Below the pieces are notes generated by a model. That model was given only the letters and a program-made list of their open reading frames with translations. It was not told the origin of the DNA and ran no database searches. Positions 59,718 to 64,000 of a stretch of DNA of 64,000 nt are shown piece by piece. Each line of letters begins with the position of its first letter. Position 1 is the stretch's first letter. Where the stretch lies: assembly GCA_027067555.1 (NCBI GenBank), contig JAMOVU010000191.1:6750-70749 (forward strand), read 5' to 3'. Position numbers and translations under genes: made by a program. Source of the DNA: Candidatus Aminicenantes bacterium (GTDB lineage: Bacteria; Acidobacteriota; Aminicenantia; JAMOAD01).

Positions 59718-61096
59718 AATATATACTTTGAAAGATCCTGGTCTTCTACTATGCCGGTTAATCTTTCGTCTATGTACTTTTTGTCTATCACAATTTTTTT
59801 ACCCCGTAACTCCGGTGCATTGAAAGAAATCTCCTCCATTACCTTTTCTATAATTGTGTGAAGTCTTCTTGCCCCTATGTTTTCAGTCTCCTGATTAACC
59901 TTTTCAGCAAGTTTAGCTATTTCATGAATTGCTTCATCCTTAAACTCAACCTCTACATCCTCTGTTTTCATTAGTGCTATATACTGTTTTGTAAGAGCGT
60001 TTTTTGGCTCTGTTAAAATTCTTACGAATTCCTCTTCTCCCAATGGATGAAGTTCAACTCTTATGGGGAATCTTCCTTGAAGCTCCGGTATAAGATCAGA
60101 GGGTTTTGAAACATGAAAGGCACCTGCTCCTATGAATAGAATGTGATCTGTTTTTACGATTCCATATTTTGTATAAACGGATGTTCCTTCTATTAAGGGT
60201 AAAAGATCTCTTTGAACTCCTTCTCTGCTAACATCCGGGCCTCTTCCTCCTTCTCTCCCCGCTATCTTATCTATTTCATCAAGAAAAATAATTCCGGTTT
60301 GTTCTACCAGCTCAAGAGCTATTTTTATAACTTCATCCATGTCGATCATACTTTTTTCTTCTTCTTCAAGAAGATACTTTTTAGCCTCCGCAACAGTCAT
60401 AGTCTTTTTCTTTGTCTTTTTTGGGAACATATCCGGAAAGATTCCCTGAATTGAAATACCAATTTCTTCAAGGCCTGTATTGGAAAATATCTCCAGAGGT
60501 TTTATGCTCTTTTCACTTACTTCTATTTCGACTTTTCTTTGATCCAGATCTCCGTTTCTTAATTTTTCTCTCCATTTTTCTCGTGTCTTTTTCCATCTTT
60601 CAACCTTTTTCTCAAATTCTTCATTTCCTTCTTCTGCGATGAATTTTGGTTGAGGTAAGAGAATATCCAGTAACTTTTCTTCTGCCTTTTGCTCTGCTTT
60701 TTTCTTAATTTCCTTTATCTTTTGGGATTTTACCATATCTACGGAAATCTCTGTTAAATCTCTTATCATTGTTTCAACATCTCTTCCCACATATCCTACT
60801 TCAGTGAATTTTGATGCCTCTATTTTAAGAAAAGGAGAGGATGTTAGTTTGGCAAGTCTTCTTGCGATCTCAGTTTTACCCACCCCGGTGGGTCCTATCA
60901 TTAAAATATTTTTAGGTGCGATATCATCTGCTATCTCTTTTGGAAGGAGTTTTCTTCTATATCTATTCCTGAGAGCAATTGCTACAGCTTTTTTAGCATC
61001 TGCCTGACCCACAATATATTTATCAAGCTCTTCAACAATTTCCTTCGGGGTTAACTCCTGTCTTTTATAAAAGTCATCCAAATTTCCATTTTTCAT
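59714..61096 (-). CDS. hslU: HslUV protease ATPase subunit
   Basis: [28 protein letters not shown] and NIGARRL. Confidence 0.98.
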   Translation of the reverse strand: MKNGNLDDFYKRQELTPKEIVEELDKYIVGQADAKKAVAIALRNRYRRKLLPKEIADDIAPKNILMIGPTGVGKTEIARRLAKLTSSPFLKIEASKFTEVGYVGRDVETMIRDLTEISVDMVKSQKIKEIKKKAEQKAEEKLLDILLPQPKFIAEEGNEEFEKKVERWKKTREKWREKLRNGDLDQRKVEIEVSEKSIKPLEIFSNTGLEEIGISIQGIFPDMFPKKTKKKTMTVAEAKKYLLEEEEKSMIDMDEVIKIALELVEQTGIIFLDEIDKIAGREGGRGPDVSREGVQRDLLPLIEGTSVYTKYGIVKTDHILFIGAGAFHVSKPSDLIPELQGRFPIRVELHPLGEEEFVRILTEPKNALTKQYIALMKTEDVEVEFKDEAIHEIAKLAEKVNQETENIGARRLHTIIEKVMEEISFNAPELRGKKIVIDKKYIDERLTGIVEDQDLSKYIL

Positions 61097-61641
61097 TATA
61101 AAACCTCTATTATTATATTCTCATTAGTATAAATACAGATTTCTGATGCAATCTTTAAAGATTTTTTAACTATTTCCTCTGCATCCAAATCAGTATTTCT
61201 TAAAAGAGCTCTTGCGGCTGCGAGCGCATAGGGACCTCCTGAACCTATTGCAATCACATTATCTTCAGGCTCTATAAGATCCCCTGTTCCTGAAATAAGG
61301 AAAATAGTCTCTTTATCTGCTACTAAAAGAAGAGCTTCAAGTCTTCTTAAATATTTGTCCATTCTCCAATCTTTCGAGAGTTCAACTGCCGCTCTTCTTA
61401 GATTTCCTCTGTATTCATCAAGTTTTGCTTCAAATTTTGAGAAGAGTGTAAAGGCATCCGAAGTTGCTCCGGCAAAGCCAGCGAGAACCTTCTCTTTATA
61501 AAGCCTTCTTACTTTTTGTGCATTACTTTTGATAATTGTATTGCCAAGAGTGACCTGTCCATCTCCTCCTATTACTGTTTTTCCATCTTTTTTTAATGCA
61601 AGAATTGTAGTACTTCTTATTGCTTTATTTTCGCTTTCCAT
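61096..61641 (-). CDS. hslV: HslUV protease peptidase subunit
   Basis: STTIL (catalytic Thr after a short propeptide), GDGQVT and IGSGG. Confidence 0.98.
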   Translation of the reverse strand: MESENKAIRSTTILALKKDGKTVIGGDGQVTLGNTIIKSNAQKVRRLYKEKVLAGFAGATSDAFTLFSKFEAKLDEYRGNLRRAAVELSKDWRMDKYLRRLEALLLVADKETIFLISGTGDLIEPEDNVIAIGSGGPYALAAARALLRNTDLDAEEIVKKSLKIASEICIYTNENIIIEVL

Positions 61642-61662
61642 TTATTCTCTCCTTTGAGCTAT

Positions 61663-61691
61663 AATTTACCTCTTTTAGTATTTTTAGTCAA
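61663..61691 (-). promoter_or_regulatory. sigma70 promoter for hslVU operon
   Basis: TTGACT-17-TAAATT followed by an AAGGAG SD. Confidence 0.55.
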
Positions 61692-61734
61692 GGTAAAAAT
61701 TATTCTTTCCTTATTTTTTGTTTGTTATGCTTTT

Positions 61735-63999
61735 TTAAATTATACGGTTAAGTTTCTTTTTTTTCAAAAATGAATTGAATTTTTTGAGCTCTGTTTTTTC
61801 AAAGGATTCTATCTTTTGTATGGTGTTTTCATATTCAGGGACTAACTCTTCCCTGTAAGTTTTTAGTACTGCTTTTGACGGAGCGGAAAAAGATCTCTGA
61901 ACCGCTGTGTAAATATTCATGAGATTTTCAAGAATTTTATTACCTTCCATCCAGTAATTTTTTGAATATCTTGCTATGCTTTTTTTCAATTCTATTGTTC
62001 TTTTGAGAAAATTATCAATTTCTTTAATGCTTTCCCGGTCTGGAGTTTCCGATTGATTTAATAAAGTTTTCTTTAAATTTTGAAGCTGAAATTCAATATT
62101 ATCAAGTTTTCTAAGTTTTAAATTTAGATTTGAAATTTGCTCTCTTAATTTAAGAGTAAAGTTGAGCTGTTTTTTTAGTCCTTCCGGATCGTATTTTACA
62201 GTTGGGTCAATTTTTACGAAAATTATTTTTTTCTCCTTTATCCCGCCTGCGCTTATTTCTATTTCATACTTCCCGGGTAAGACCTGTGGCCCAACAGTAC
62301 CACCAAACCATCCTCTAACTGCTTTCCCTCCTACTTTTCTCGGAGTTGCCGGATCATATCTAAGGTCCCAAACAATATAATTAATTCCTTTTTTAAGAGT
62401 TATTTTTTCTTTTCTAATTAATTTCCCTTTCTCATCATAAACTTTGAGATATGAAGGTTTCTTCGCTTCTTTTTTTAGGTAGTAATATATTTTTGCTCCG
62501 TATGGAGGATTCTCTCCCACATAGATGCTATCTCCCATAAATTCTCTTATACTGTATGTTTTAAAAAGGATGGGCTCTTTTATGGAAAAAATTTGAAAAT
62601 TACTTTTTGCTATTTTTTTAATTTCCTCCAGGGGAGAAATATTATCAAGTATCCAGATTCCTCTCCCATGAGTAGCTAATATTAAGTCTTTATTGTGGAT
62701 TTTTATATCATAAATAGGAACATTAGGTAGATTGGACATATTTAATCTTTCCCAATTCTTACCTCCATCCCATGAAACAAAAAGGCCGAGTTCAGTTCCT
62801 GCAAAAAGAAGATTTTTATTTATGGGATCTTCTTTTATCACATGGACATATGCTCTTTTAGGGAGGTTGGAAGATATCTTTTTCCATGTTTTCCCAAAAT
62901 CCTCTGTTTTAAAAATATAAGGGGAAAAATCATTGAACATATGTCTGTCAAAGGAGACATAAGCGCTACTTTTTGAGAAATTTGATGGTTCCACATAAGA
63001 AACATAAGTTTCTTTTTTTAGTTTTTTTATGTTTTTTATAACATTTATCCAATTTTTTCCACCGTCTTTTGTGAAATGAAGATTACCATCATCCGTACCA
63101 GCCCAGAGAATCTTTTCATCAATGGGAGATTCTGAAAGAGCTGTTATTGTACTGTAATATTCAGCCGTTGTATTTTCATTATAAAGGGGTTCGCCACCTC
63201 CCTTTTCTCTGTCTTTTAGATCTGAGGTGAGATCCGGGCTAATTATTTCCCAGTTTAAACCAAAATCTTCGGATTTAAAAACAACATTTCCGGCAAAATA
63301 TACTCTGTCTTCATTAAAGTGAGATTTTATAATAGGAGAATTCCAATTAAATCTATACTTAAGGTGGTAGACAGGTCCTCCATCATTTCTTTTGGGATAA
63401 GGAGTGTTTGCTATTTCTTCGCCAGTGTTAAGATTTACAAGGGATATTCCACCAGCTTGAAACTCTGAAAGGTATAATCCTCTTTTATTTTTATTGGCTA
63501 CAACATAAAAACCATCTCCCCCACCTATTTTAAACCAAAAATCATTTAATATTCCATAATAATATTTTGTTTGGGATGGTCCGCACCAGCTTCCATTATC
63601 CTGAAGGCCTCCGCAAACATAGTAAAAAGGTTCTCTTTCATCTATACTTACATGGTAAAATTGAGATATTGTAAGATTATTTATAAAATTCCATGTTTTT
63701 CCTCGATCATAAGAGATTGCAAGACCTCCGTCGTTCCCTACTATTAAATGACCGGAATCTTTAGGATCTATCCATAATGTATGGAAATCAACATGAATTT
63801 TTCGGGCAATTCTCTTAAATGATTTTCCCCCATCCTCTGAAAGCCAAAGTCTTGATGAAACAGCGTATATCCTATTTTCATCATTCGGGTCAATCCTTAA
63901 TTCGGTGTAATAAAAACCTCTGTTTACTATTTCAAAGTTTTTATTTATTGGTTTAAAGGTAATTCCTCTGTCTTCTGATTTGAAAAGCACATAACCTTT
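61735..63999 (-). CDS. VPS10/BNR (Asp-box) repeat glycosyl-hydrolase-like protein (5' end outside window)
   Basis: Repeated SxDGGxxW boxes, GGLQDNG, RFNWNSPI and ATHGRG. Confidence 0.88.
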   Translation of the reverse strand, partial: KGYVLFKSEDRGITFKPINKNFEIVNRGFYYTELRIDPNDENRIYAVSSRLWLSEDGGKSFKRIARKIHVDFHTLWIDPKDSGHLIVGNDGGLAISYDRGKTWNFINNLTISQFYHVSIDEREPFYYVCGGLQDNGSWCGPSQTKYYYGILNDFWFKIGGGDGFYVVANKNKRGLYLSEFQAGGISLVNLNTGEEIANTPYPKRNDGGPVYHLKYRFNWNSPIIKSHFNEDRVYFAGNVVFKSEDFGLNWEIISPDLTSDLKDREKGGGEPLYNENTTAEYYSTITALSESPIDEKILWAGTDDGNLHFTKDGGKNWINVIKNIKKLKKETYVSYVEPSNFSKSSAYVSFDRHMFNDFSPYIFKTEDFGKTWKKISSNLPKRAYVHVIKEDPINKNLLFAGTELGLFVSWDGGKNWERLNMSNLPNVPIYDIKIHNKDLILATHGRGIWILDNISPLEEIKKIAKSNFQIFSIKEPILFKTYSIREFMGDSIYVGENPPYGAKIYYYLKKEAKKPSYLKVYDEKGKLIRKEKITLKKGINYIVWDLRYDPATPRKVGGKAVRGWFGGTVGPQVLPGKYEIEISAGGIKEKKIIFVKIDPTVKYDPEGLKKQLNFTLKLREQISNLNLKLRKLDNIEFQLQNLKKTLLNQSETPDRESIKEIDNFLKRTIELKKSIARYSKNYWMEGNKILENLMNIYTAVQRSFSAPSKAVLKTYREELVPEYENTIQKIESFEKTELKKFNSFLKKKKLNRII

Positions 64000-64000
64000 T

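Overview
AT-rich diderm bacterial chromosome segment. The gene content (LPS heptose genes, TamAB-like module, VPS10-repeat protein, ispE-tRNA-Gln-prs-rplY-pth-rpsF order) resembles Acidobacteriota/Aminicenantes-like bacteria, which is an inference only. About 49 kb is housekeeping DNA, mostly on the minus strand: rpsA, ispH, speB, mtnA, murA, gmd, dnaB, ribosomal proteins, prs, ispE, heptose genes, mutS, mfd, tamAB-like genes, tal, hslUV and three tRNAs. The standout is a 13.4-kb defence island (1100-14489) that begins and ends on inverted GTAG-type REP hairpins. It holds one minus-strand operon: hsdM - AlbA/ATPase/HTH gene - nucleotide-cyclase-like gene - hsdS - Hachiman hamA/hamB - REP-associated tyrosine transposase (RAYT) - hsdR. 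Same-orientation 75-bp REP doublets on a 141-bp period sit at both ends, at two internal module junctions and in frame inside the RAYT gene, and I saw none elsewhere in the window. This suggests a RAYT/REP-delimited, cassette-like defence element (hypothesis). Other oddities: tRNA-Gln lies entirely inside the ispE reading frame, both tamB- and tamA-like genes have homopolymer frameshifts near their 5' ends, and several promoters look leaderless. All product calls come from motif recognition by eye; no database searches were run.
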